Shown here in pieces: positions 24,828 through 36,509 of a DNA stretch of 64,000 nucleotides. Source of the stretch: Octopus bimaculoides (taxonomy: Eukaryota); the NCBI RefSeq assembly GCF_001194135.2, contig NC_068992.1, forward strand, positions 55,099,823 to 55,163,822. Reading direction: 5' to 3'. Position numbers and translations under genes: made by a program. The first letter of the stretch is position 1. Each line of letters opens with the position of its first letter. Under the pieces are notes generated by a model. That model made no database searches, was not told the origin of the DNA, and saw nothing but the letters and a program-made list of their open reading frames with translations.

Positions 24828-25338
24828 TGGCTACGCCCGCTGCTGTAGGGTGTTGCCTCCCTTGTCAGTCATTAAGACAGAGCTTTCGTGGCTATTGAAT
24901 TGTTTTGACCCTTATTTCTTGCAATACTGGTGCAGATTATGCTCTTAGTCACTCTAGCGACCTCTATATTTTTGCATTCAGGCTGTAAAATTGCGAATAA
25001 GTCACCCATATTATTTATAATTTTCACTTTTACCGTTTATGAAATCAGCGTGTGATTTCAACGGAAATCTTATAAACTGACAAGGAGAGTTCAGTTTAAC
25101 CCTAGGCGTGATGAGAGCCACTGATGAGCATTAATGGAAATGCGAAATTATCTATGATCTGTCTATGCCCGTTACTTTAGTGAGGTTACCTCCTTTGTCA
25201 GTAATTAAGATAGTGCTTTTCGTGAATATTGAGTTGTTTTGACAACTCAATATTCTAGCAATACTGGTGCCGACTAGTGCCCTTAGTCACTATAGTGACG
25301 TCTATATTCTGCCTTTCATCTGTAAAATTGCGAATAGA
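24828..25338 (+). mobile_element. Retrozyme-like tandem repeat: one complete 332-nt monomer (24828-25159) plus ~180 nt of a second
   Basis: 24823-25000 aligns with 25155-25338 (period 332). The unit junction is a hammerhead core, and the monomer has many internal hairpins and a long-range stem (24860-24869 with 25076-25085). Confidence 0.7.
25099..25190 (+). ncRNA. Type I hammerhead ribozyme
   Basis: AGCCA CTGATGA GCATT-aatgga-AATGC GAAA TTA-tcta-TG ATC|TGTCT: conserved core, 5-bp stem II, 4-bp stem III with a 4-nt loop, predicted AUC cleavage after 25159. The first repeat copy supplies the perfect stem I partner TGGCT. Confidence 0.75.
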
Positions 25339-25423
25339 CCATATATATATATATGTATATATATATACACACCTATTCACACGCGCGCATATGTGTGTGT
25401 GTGTGAATAAATGCACACAGAAG

Positions 25424-25477
<54 letters not shown>

Positions 25478-25521
25478 GATCGATCGATCGATCTATCTAG
25501 CTAGCTAACTAGCTAGCTAGG

Positions 25522-25576
<55 letters not shown>
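25424..25576. repeat. Palindromic tetranucleotide array (TCTA)n-(TCGA/CTAG)n-(TAGA)n
   Basis: About 13 TCTA units, a self-complementary TCGA/CTAG centre, then about 14 TAGA units. Confidence 0.9.
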
Positions 25577-25589
<13 letters not shown>

Positions 25590-26049
25590 AAGATGCCAGT
25601 TATTGTTACTGAGTTTCTGAAAAAATAAGCTGTTATTCCTTAATACAGCATTGTAATTGCTTTATTTCTCTTTGGCATAGTTGAAAATAAACGTTCCACC
25701 GTATAGATCCTGAAAGACACCATCAAGACTTGAGTAACACCTGATAACAAGCGAAAACCTAATCTTGTATTTCAGATAATGTGTGAAACAAAATATCTAG
25801 AAATGTTCACTTTTTTGTTTTGTTATACTTTTTTTCCGAAATTAATCTGGAGGTAAACTCAGTGAAAGATTTGTATCGTTTCTACTAAATATTTTCCGTT
25901 ATCTTGGCACCAAAATTCTTCGATATAGGGAGCGTGTGATTAGCAATCTAAAAGATGTTTCAATTTTTACCGCTAATATTTTAACCGGAAACGTTTAATT
26001 CTGCAAAATCCTTGTATCGAATATGTTAACCTTTTTAACAATTACCTTC

Positions 26050-26272
26050 ATTCAACATTATCTTTTAATTTATTTAATCTCATACCCTCAAACCAATTCG
26101 ATATTCTATCCACCTATCCGTCCATTTTACTTATCTTCTACTTTATTTCATCTCAAAGCCTTAAAACAATCCGATATTTTATCCAACTATCCTTCCATTT
26201 CATTTATATTCTACATTATTTAATCTCAAATCTTCGAACAAATTCGATATTCTATCCACCTATCCGTCCAAT
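26050..26272. repeat. 73-bp minisatellite, ~3 copies
   Basis: AATTCGATATTCTATCCACCTATCCGTCCA (or a variant) at 26095, 26168 and 26241. Confidence 0.85.
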
Positions 26273-26482
26273 TTCTCTGTCCGCTATTCCTAGGAGGTTT
26301 GTTAGGGTTGAGACTTCAGGTAGCTACTCAATGTTCATTAGGTTCGGATCAGGTGCAACTGTCATATTCACACACTATATTCACATACTATCTCTAGTCA
26401 ACATATAGCCTTATTTGGCTGCCTTTTAAACTTGGAGTTAACCAGTCATTATATTTATATGACCAATGTATATTATCCATGT

Positions 26483-26891
26483 GAGCGCAGGCGTGGTTTG
26501 CTTCCCAACCACATCGTTCCGGGTTCAGTCCCACTGCGTGGCTCCTTGGGCAAGTGTTTTCTACTATAGACTTGGGCAAATCAAAGCCTTGCGAGTGGAT
26601 TTGGTTGAGGGAAACTGAAAGAAACCCGTCATATATATATATGCACATATGTCTCTGTGTGTTTATGTCTTTTGTTTCTGTGTTTGTCCCTCAATACCAC
26701 TTCACAACAGGTATAGGTGTGTTTATGCCCCCGTAACTTACCGTTTCAGCACAAGGAGCCAACAGTACTTACCAGGCTTTAAAAAGAAGAAAAAAAGGTA
26801 CTGGGATCGATTCATTCGACTACAAAATTCCTCAAGGCGGTGCCCTATCATGACCTCTGTCAAATGACTGAAACAAGTAAAAGATGAAAGA
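26483..26891 (+). mobile_element. SINE family A, near full length
   Basis: GCGCAGGCGTGG...GGGTTCAGTCCCACTGCGTGGCTCCTTGGGCAAGTG...(AT)n...GTCAAATGACTGAAACAAGTAAAAGA. Confidence 0.85.
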
Positions 26892-27114
26892 TACAAGATA
26901 TGAGTATGAGTGTGCGTGTATATATGTGGGTATATCCATAAGAGTGCATAAGTATTGTACGTATAGATATATATTCACGCATACACTCAAATGTATGATG
27001 CATGCTGATGCCATAAGAATTGATAAACTTCGAGTGAACGGGAACTAATCCACTTTTAGAAGACAGAATGACAAGTTTAAACGTTTAAATTTCCGATAGA
27101 GTCCAACCCAGCTG

Positions 27115-27260
27115 AAGAGCTTTTTACAGTTACCATCAACCCAATTTCATGTGCAAATTTTGGCTCCACAAGCGAATATGGTAAGTGAATTTGTTCAAGA
27201 TACTACGAATCTGGATCGACCCCGAGGTCACTGTTTAAAAACCAAATTTCTAAATGTCTC
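27115..27260 (-). mobile_element. Old, diverged SINE family A fragment
   Basis: TTTACAGTTACCATCAACCCAATTTCATGTGCAAATTTTGGCT aligns with antisense family A CTTTCAGTTTCCGTCTACCAAATCCACTCACAAGGCATTGGTC (12237 on). Confidence 0.55.
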
Positions 27261-28312
27261 AACCCTTCCTATATCCGTACGCAAACCGTTGTCTGATTAA
27301 TGTGAGATTGAATCCAGGTTGGCATGGTTACGATGCAAAATTCAAACCACACAACCATGCATGCGGCTGTATACAAATACTTATGTATTCAATATGGGTC
27401 TTAGTATTTGTGAAGCGATGTTGTTAAATGCACGCACATACCTGCATCTGTGTACAGATAGCTGTACCTTCAATATATCTTCATGTTTCTGTGTGTTCTC
27501 TGTATATGAACATCTTTATATTTACATGTTGATATTTTGCATAATGCTTGTACGGTGGCTTGATTAAATTTGAACATTCATCTCACGAAGTGTTCCATAA
27601 ATGAGTAGCCTGTAAGTGAATAGCAATGGGGAATTTTCATGGTAATACTGATCTGAGGTTGCTCAACTAATAACATAAGATATCAAAAAGATTAAATCAT
27701 ATTCCATAATCTATTGTTCAAAGGATATTCAATGTTAATTCACGTATGTGTATATATACGTCCCTACAAATATGTGTTCTCAATTATGTATTGTATATAC
27801 GTATGTAACCGTGTATTGTAGAACGACGATACGAGTAATAATCATGCACACTCATGTACATATAAAGGCAGGTTTACATGCAATAATTTATGCAGTCACA
27901 CACACGTAACATCTATACCAATACCACGGTTATATGCAATCTTAAGAAGGCATTTGTACTACAGATTTACTTAATCACACAATTAGCTTCTTCCCAATAA
28001 GGAAGTAATAAAGTAGTAATGTATCAATTGCTAATGGGTTTAAATCTGCATGCGGTTTTTAAGCGAATTACTGGATTAGTAGATTTATAAGATATTTTGT
28101 TATCTTCTCAGCAGCATTTTAACAATCGGAAGCAAAACAAGTACTTTCATTGATATTTGAGTAATGAAGGGAAGCGAATGACAAAAAGGGTGATGTTGTT
28201 TAACATCGCATTAACCTCGAGAAGAACGGACGTGTGCCCAAAAGTATTTCTCATAGAGACACTTCTCTTCGACTGGAAGCATGTCGATCAGCATATCTCA
28301 TGTATCTTTTCC

Positions 28313-28663
28313 TCATTTAAAACGGCTCGTGCGATTTGAGAGAGGTTTGCTGCTGTTTCCTGCGAATCGAATGGTGAAGTAGACGCTCCCGCCTTGGCTG
28401 GGGCGGACTGAGAGTATTAAGGGCTCTCGGGCATAACTGCTTAGCGGGCCGCTTAGTATTGATATCAGTAGAGTTAACGTGTAGAGTGCAGGCCCCTCAG
28501 TGCTCCGGGCCCTCGGGGAGTGCCCGATTGACCGACGGCTCAGTCCACCCCTGGCTGGAACCATGACGATATAACTACGTTGTTCTAAATAATCGAAAGT
28601 TCCTTCATAACGAGGAGACAATTTATCTCTTCCAACTACGCCGGTTACATATTTGAGAGACAC
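28313..28663 (-). mobile_element. Possible Ty3/Gypsy integrase C-terminal remnant interrupted by a MITE
   Basis: RDKLSPRYEGTFDYLEQRSYIV resembles the KL.PRY.GPF.V.E motif of Gypsy integrase tails; a single short motif only. Confidence 0.35.
28401..28550. mobile_element. GC-rich 150-bp MITE (PIF/Harbinger-like; hAT not excluded)
   Basis: TIRs GGGCGGACTGAG / CTCAGTCCACCC, flanked by CTG on both sides (28398-28400, 28551-28553), consistent with a 3-bp CWG target duplication. Confidence 0.65.
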
Positions 28664-29350
28664 ATAATGTAGCTAATATATAACTATTTTGCTGTTTTAC
28701 TGGGGGCACAAAACTGATGAAAATAACACTGTATTTCAAGCACCACTTGGTGGTATAATTATTAATAAATGATGATGCGAATACCGCCAGTGGCTATAGC
28801 AATTAAGTAGTCGTGTTACGACGCCATCTTGATTTTTAAATGAGTTTTATTTTATTTATTTGTTATTCTTTCCATAACACCATCTAACGAGGTAGATGGC
28901 AAGGAAACGTAGAGTAAAGATATTAGTCGAATATAATGTATTGTATATGTCATGTTTTGAGAAAAGTTTCTACCGATCACATTAATCGGCGCATTATGTA
29001 CACACATATCAATATGTACGTACAAATGTATTTATCTACGTATATATATATGTATGTATCTATACATACATATACACTCAATATTTCATCTACATTCAAT
29101 ACTTTATTTCATGGTGCCATCCATTTTTATTTTATTTAATTTTATATTATATATTGTATATTATATTATATATTGTATATTCCATATTCTATACCCCACA
29201 TTGGTTCTGCAGGAATATAAATAAAACATAAAATACAGACAGTGTTGGAACTCTTTTAAACAAAATAATATATATATATATATATATATATACATAAACA
29301 GACACACACATGCACATACACACGCTCACATACACACATACACATCCATA

Positions 29351-30140
29351 CAGAGTAGATGCGTAATTTGTCGCCATTTTATATTTTTAATTTCACGCAT
29401 GCAAATTGTCCGTTTTTGATCTTGTCAACTACACAGTATAGTAAGGTCAGCTGGGCACCATCTACGAGAAAAACGGTGCAATGAAGCAATTCCTTCTGCC
29501 AGAAATTTGTAAACGAAATGCTGTATTGGTTGGCATTCGCGCCGGGTGTTCCAATATGAACATTTTAGGGTGTTTGGGTGTGAATCTGACAACAGTGCAA
29601 TCTGGAGACATGCACTGAGAGTGATAAAAAAATCAAACACCTAGTCAACATTATAGCGTTTGGAGTGATCACTAGTGATAGCGGCGTTATGTATCTATTC
29701 ATCTTCCCACACGGCCTCACACTCAACACGTAGATCTAAAAGAGGTAGTGCTACCCTGGGTACAGAGGGTGGCTGCTGGAAGACCCTATGTCTTGCAACA
29801 GGACTCTGCACCATGCCACACAAGCATGAGAACCTAGTAATGGTTGTCAGGCAATTTCTGCGACCACATCACCCCTAACATTTGGCCACCTAACTCCCCC
29901 GACTGCAACCCCTTTGGTTATTATGTGTGGGGGTACAGTTGAGCGAGAGACCAACAAAACCCCTTGTGACGTCAAAGAAAGGATCATAGCTGCATTCACC
30001 AACTGAAAGAAGGAGACCGTCCAGAAGGGTTGCAGGAGATTCCGAAGATTATGCAGACCGTGGTAGAAGCCAATGGCGATTTTATTGAATAAATTTAGTC
30101 TATAGTATTTCAAGATATTTTAATGTAATTTTGATAAATA
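29351..30140 (+). mobile_element. Tc1/mariner (maT/DD37D-like) deletion derivative
   Basis: The C-terminal peptide across frameshifts, DHITPNIWPPNSPDCNP(F)GYYVWGTVERETNKTP...KETVQKGCRRFR...VVEANGDFIE*, contains the WPPNSPDLNP motif. TA-CAGAGT left end at 29349-29356. Confidence 0.8.
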
Positions 30141-30832
30141 CACTCACTCACAAACCTCTAGACATGCGCACTCGCATCCCCCACCCCCACCCCACACGCA
30201 TGCACACGCATGCACACGCATGCACACGCATACACGCACACACATGCACACGCACGCATAAACAGCCAAGCAGAGTCAAGCTACGGAGAATATCAGCTAT
30301 GAAAATGTTAATTTCATTATTAGAAATACAAGTCCTTCATTTTTTCTTATATAATATGAAGCTCAAAGAAAGCATCCTTGATAGTTTTAAGTGCTCTAAT
30401 AAATCGTTTCCTGAAACCTTAAAACAGTCATACATACACACACACACAAGCCCATAAACCTATGCATATACAGAGAGTGAGAGAGAGAGAGTGGAAGAGG
30501 AAGAAAGAGGATATATATATGTGCATGAATTATCCTTTCAAGCATGAAATAATTAGATAATAAAATGCTCTTAACGATGCAAAGCTGCACAAAGATAAGG
30601 TTGATCAATATTTAGGCCTTAATCTAAACTCGAAACAGAAGAAAAAAAATTGAAGTAAATAGGGATCATTGTCTAATGAGATGACACCTACTCAGAGTCT
30701 CTAGTAGGAGATAAGAATAATAAGCCGAATCTTGGAATCAGAGAATAAATTATTTGTTGCAGAAGAAAACATTGAGATTGGAAGATTACACACACATACA
30801 CACACTCATATATTTATGTATGTATGTGTGTG

Positions 30833-30867
<35 letters not shown>

Positions 30868-31683
30868 CTGTGTGTGTGTGTGTGTGTGCGTTAGAGATGT
30901 ATGCGCTGGTATGATTATTTGTTTAGATGAATTCCTTTCATAAACCACGTATGATTAGGTTCTGGTCCGCCGTATCTTATCTTCAGGAAATGAGTTTTAC
31001 CATAACGATGCGTTGTCCAATAATTTATGAGTGACATTTGACAGGCGAAAACTGTGCGCTCCCGATACATGCATACATACATACATACATACATACATAC
31101 ATACATACATACTCATCAACAAAAATAACTCGTCGAACCTCTTGAAGTCATCACTTTTACAAAAGTGATGATTTAAAATGCTCCTCTATGCCCTTAATAA
31201 TAATAATTGTATTTTATACTATAAATCTCCATAAATATACACACATACACACATATATGGTGGTTATGTATGCCTGGTGTATAAATACGTATGTATGTGT
31301 ATTACAATTTTACTTAGTTTCGTGTTACTCGATTTTTTCCTTATTGTTTGGAAGCATGCATCGCAGAAAAATTTTTCACAGATTGTAGGGAAAGTAAGTT
31401 TCACTTGAATGGTGAGTAAGCCTCTTTTCTTCAGATCATGTGTTAAGCATGACACCTCTCAAAATCCTTTAGAAATCAGCACCATGATCCACCTATAATT
31501 CATGTACGTCATCAGAAACTAACCAATGAGAAGGACATTTACTTGTAATCCAAAAAGGAACAGTCATATTCTTGTTACTCAGAAGTAGGAACCATCTAAC
31601 CAGTACTTCCCTCCCTGTTATCCCTCGGGCCGTACCAGTTTTCTGTAAAAGACAGGTTAATTTTTAATATCTTATCACAATTA

Positions 31684-32092
31684 GGCAACGAGCTGGCGGG
31701 ATCATTAGCACGCCGGGCGAAATGCTTAGCGGTATTTCGTCTGTCTTTACGTTCTGAGTTCAAATTCTGCCCAAGTTGGCTTTGCATCTCATCTTTTCGT
31801 GATCGAAAAATTAAGTACTAGTTGCGTACTGGGGTCGATCAAATCGACTGGCCCCCTCCTCCAAAATATCGGGCTTTGTGCCTATAGTAGAAAAGAATAT
31901 TCTGTCACAATTAGGCAGAATCGTTAGCACGCCGAGCAAAATGCTTAACGGCATTTCGTCTGATTTTACGTTCTGAGTTCAAATTCCGCCACGGTCGACT
32001 TTCACGTTCATCCTTTCGGGGTGGATGTAAACGATTTACCTACCCCTCTAACACATGCTGGCCTTGTGCCAAAATTTGAAATCAATGTTTGA
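31684..32092 (+). mobile_element. Two tandem SINE family B copies, probably followed by a third lost in the gap
   Basis: Heads at ~31684 and ~31915; the junction motif TCACAATTAGGC occurs at 31675, 31905 and 32093. Confidence 0.85.
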
Positions 32093-32334
32093 TCACAATT
32101 AGGCTTTNNNNNNNNNNNNNNNNNNNNNNNNNNNNNNNNNNNNNNNNNNNNNNNNNNNNNNNNNNNNNNNNNNNNNNNNNNNNNNNNNNNNNNNNNNNNN
32201 NNNNNNNNNNNNNNNNNNNNNNNNNNNNNNNNNNNNNNNNNNNNNNNNNNNNNNNNNNNNCCCACCTCCCCTGAACATATTTAATACCAAAAATATCTAC
32301 CGGTAACCCTTTTATTGAGTAAAGCATAAAAAAC

Positions 32335-32640
32335 CCTTCGCTCATGAATAACCACAAGATTGCACCTAGAAAGTTACACTCCGAGGCACAAGTCCGGGCA
32401 AGGTTGTTGATGGAAGAGCGACAGTCACCCATGCATAGCAGCCTCCCCCCTATATGCCACCAATAAAGGCGGAGGTCAATACAGCTTGACACTAGTGAAC
32501 TCGCAACTCATTACTACAACTGAGTGAACTGGAGCAACGTGAAATAAAGATTCGTGTTCAAGAACGCAACGCACATTCGATCCGGGAATCGAAGTCACTA
32601 TCTCACGATTGTGAGCCCCACGCTTCTACCACTGAACCAT
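32335..32640 (-). mobile_element. tRNA-derived SINE family C
   Basis: Minus head ATGGTTCAGTGGTAGAAGCGTGGGCTCACAATCGTGAGATAGTGACTTCGATTCCCGG (A/B-box-like) followed by GTTCTTGAACACGAATCTTTATTTCACGTTGCTCCAGTTCACTCAG. Confidence 0.7.
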
Positions 32641-32864
32641 AAGTACTTTCTAAAAAATTGGTATGCTATTGACTATGGAAAACAGTGAATCCTTTTAATG
32701 CGAACCTTGAGAAAATTTCCTTGATTCGAGGAGACATTTTTGTCAGCTACAGTCGCAACTGACCACGTTGTGTAATTTCAAGTCTGCTATCCACCCCATG
32801 GTATCAAAATCGTGATATATTGTAGCAGTCTTCACACAGTATGCTTGGCTGTAGGAAAACAGTG

Positions 32865-33062
32865 AGCTGGCAGAAACGTCAGGACGTTTGTAGCGGTATT
32901 TCGTCTGTTTTTACGTTCTGAGTTCAAATTCCACCGAGGTCGGCTTTGCCTTTCATTTGTTCTCAGCCGATAAATTAAGTCCCAGTTGCGTACTGGGGTA
33001 GATCTAATCGACTGGCTCCCCTCTCCAAAATTTCGGGCCTTGTGCCTAGAGTAGAAAAGAGT
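32865..33062 (+). mobile_element. SINE family B, full length
   Basis: GAGCTGGCAGAA...TACGTTCTGAGTTCAAATTCCACCGAGGTCGGCTTTGCCTTTCAT...GGGCCTTGTGCCTAGAGTAGAAAAG. Confidence 0.85.
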
Positions 33063-33432
33063 ATGCTTGGTTGGAGGGACCGGTTTGGCTAGGCTGAGTA
33101 TACGTGTTGTATATTTACTGTGGAAAAATAAAATTGATTTCACAGCTCAATGTCCCACTAAAAGGGGGGAAAAAAAAGGAAAACAGAATTGGAGCCTATC
33201 GCCCCACTACAGGTTTCTCAGATCCCACCAGTAGGACATATGTCTCACTTTGGACATCACTAACTTTAACTATCAAGAAACTTTTCCTCCTTTATGTCAC
33301 ACCTTACTTCTAATCAGAGTGAAGAAAATTATACAAATTGTCTAAATATATAATAATGGAATAATAATAAAGTATAGTCCTTATGAAGTGTGTTGAACGC
33401 GCCTTCCTTCGCCTGTACACACACCTACGGAA

Positions 33433-33469
<37 letters not shown>

Positions 33470-33801
33470 GTCTATCTGTCTGTCTGTCTTTCTATTTCAC
33501 GATCTCCCCCCCCTCTCTCTGTATGTATATACATATATATATATATATATATATAGGTTATACACACACAGATAGAGAGAAAGAGAGAGATCGTGAAACA
33601 GATTGATAGATAAACAGAAAGATTTAGCAAAAGTAGCAGAGAAATAAATGCACCAAACGTTTAGTGCGTTGGCACTTAGAAGTGCTAACGCATGAAAATC
33701 TCGGCGTTTGTGTCACTCTGTTACTTCTGCTAAATATTAATAAAAATATACATATACTCATATTTTCAGTTCTATTTTTGCTATTCACACACACACACAC
33801 A

Positions 33802-33861
<60 letters not shown>

Positions 33862-34056
33862 TATATATGTACATATATATACATACAAATTTGATGTTAC
33901 ATTATACGTACATGTAAATATGTTTATAACGTACGCGAGCGGACGCGGTCACCCGCGAACGTACCAGCAAGTGAAAGTACAAGAACGCGAACGTACAAGC
34001 ACGCGAATGCACAAGTACGCACGCACGCACGCACGCACGCACACACATACACGTAT

Positions 34057-34365
34057 ATAGACGTGGCAGGGTGGTTAGACATTTGTTTCCCAAGTACATG
34101 TTTCCAGGTTCAGTACTACTCTGTAGTACCCTGGGCAAGAGACTTCTAATATAACCATCGACCGACCGAAGCCTTGCGAGTGGATGCGGTACATATTTGT
34201 ATGTGTCTGTGCTGACCCCCAATTCCAACGCATGCCAACAAGTGTTGGTGCGTTCACTTCCCAGCAACAGCAAAATTAATACTGAGGTCGATTCGTTCGA
34301 TCATGACAGATGAAGCCGATTTATCAGGATGGCTACAGTCAAATGATTGAAGCAATTAAAAAAGG
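34057..34365 (+). mobile_element. SINE family A, diverged
   Basis: GTGGCAGGGTGGTTAG...CCAGGTTCAGTACTACT...CCCTGGGCAAG...GAAGCCTTGCGAGTGGAT...CAGTCAAATGATTGAAGCAA. Confidence 0.7.
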
Positions 34366-34646
34366 TAAACGACATATTTTTGTGGGTGTGTGAGTGTCTG
34401 CGTATGCGCATTTACACATGCTTATGTTTATGTAAACACATATAGACGGACATATGAACACAGTTATGTACGTGACCACGCATAAATATGCAAATACATT
34501 CATATCGGAAAAATATAATGCAGTATCCAATTATAATTGCACACAGAAATAAATGCGCATCACTGAAACTTAAATATTAGGAATTATGAAGGCGAATGCA
34601 CACACGCACGCACACACGCACGCACACACACACACAGACCACACAT

Positions 34647-34688
<42 letters not shown>

Positions 34689-35797
34689 NNNNNNNNNNNN
34701 NNNNNNNNNNNNNNNNNNNNNNNNNNNNNNNNNNNNNNNNNNNNNNNNNNNNNNNNNNNNNNNNNNNNNNNNNNNNNNNNNNNNNNNNNNNNNNNNNNNN
34801 NNNNNNNNNNNNNNNNNNNNNNNNNNNNNNNNNNNNNNNNNNNNNNNNNNNNNNNNNNNNNNNNNNNNNNNNNNNNNNNNNNNNNNNNNNNNNNNNNNNN
34901 NNNNNNNNNNNNNNNNNNNNNNNNNNNNNNNNNNNNNNNNNNNNNNNNNNNNNNNNNNNNNNNNNNNNNNNNNNNNNNNNNNNNNNNNNNNNNNNNNNNN
35001 NNNNNNNNATATATACATGTATATATATATGTGTGTGCGTGCATGCATGTGTGTCTGTGTGGGTGTGCATGTTCGTGGGTCTGTGCTTGTATGTATGTGT
35101 TCTATTAAATCGTCACCGGGCATTTTCAGTTATTTATTGATAATGGCCTTACCTTGTTCGTATGAGCAGGTATCCGGCGGCACCTCCCTCTCTCACTGAC
35201 TCCTTAAATGCACTAAGATACAGAAACATACACACAACCAGTCATATTTCTATATGTCTATTGATATATGTTTGAATATGTTCGTTTGCGCGTGCATGGT
35301 CATGTATAACCGAATGTATAGGTCTATATCTTCACATATTCGTGTTTACGACTACTTGTTCTTGTGTAGGTGTATACATACACAACCACCGCTCTTTGTG
35401 TACTTTTGTTACCATTTCTAATTATTGATATCTATTCTCGATTGCTGTCTCTGTGCGTACGTATTCAAATGTATCTTCAGTCGCTGTGTCGACCTCCATT
35501 TTTAAATTCTCATTACGATATACCAATGCGTTTCCTTATAATTGCGAAGGCACGCACATGTGAATGAATATATAAATACACCTTTACACACACACCTACA
35601 CACACGCATATATATGCACACAGATGCACACACACTCATATATATATATATATATACCATTACAATTAAAAGGGTAAAGGATTATCAATTCATTAATTCA
35701 TTAATAAATTAATAATTAATAATTTTTACCAAGCCCTTCGGTATGTAAGCACCATTATCGATGAGGAACTTATTTAAAAGTTCTTATACATTTATAA

Positions 35798-35914
35798 ACA
35801 AAATTAAGGGATCAGCAACAGGTTGCTTCACCACATACCGAAGTTCAGAAATAGCTGCTATTTCTGAACTTCGGTATGTGGTGAAGCAACCTGTTGCTGA
35901 TCCCTTAATTTTGT
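35798..35914. repeat. Perfect 117-bp palindrome (58-bp arms, 1-nt loop)
   Basis: 35798-35855 is the exact reverse complement of 35857-35914. Confidence 0.95.
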
Positions 35915-36000
35915 GTATATATATATATATATAAGTATACATATATATATACATATTTACATATTTGTTTATATATATATGTATATATATATATATATAT

Positions 36001-36044
<44 letters not shown>

Positions 36045-36379
36045 GTATATTTATATATAGGTACATTTATAAGAGTGTTTGTGTGCACGTGTGTGTATAT
36101 GTGTGCGAGTATGCGTGCGTGTGTGTATGTGTGTGGGTTTCTATATATATATATATAAGGGGAAAATTCAGTTTATTTACATATTGTCAAAGTAATAATT
36201 CTGAATACAAAAATATAGGGCTAGAGTCAATAAAGCAGACAGAACACTGGGTCAATGCAATCGACTATTCTCCTCCCACAAAATGTTGTGCCTTGTGCCT
36301 ATAGTAGAATGGATTATTATGTTATTATTAGTAGTATTATTGTTGTTGCTGCTGTTATTGTTATTATTATTACTACTAC

Positions 36380-36500
36380 CGGGTGATAGCAGAATCGTTA
36401 ACACACCAGGCAAAATCTTGACAATGTTTCATCCGTCCGTACTTTTTAGGTTCAAATCCCCCCGGGGTCGACTTTTGACTTTCATCCTTTTCAAGCTTGC
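36380..36500 (+). mobile_element. SINE family B fragment (a separate family B tail lies at ~36240-36310)
   Basis: GCAGAATCGTTAACACACCAGGC...GGTTCAAATCCCCCCGGGGTCGACTTTTGACTTTCATCCTTTT. Confidence 0.7.
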
Positions 36501-36509
36501 CAGTCTCCT

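Noticed and set aside
26050-26272. CRISPR-like repeat-spacer pattern
   Set aside because: The inter-repeat segments are themselves similar (73-bp minisatellite), the context is eukaryotic, and there are no cas genes.
26483-26560. tRNA genes at SINE heads (also ~12330-12390, ~32570-32640, ~40582)
   Set aside because: Only A/B-box-like remnants fused to SINE bodies; no complete cloverleaf seen.
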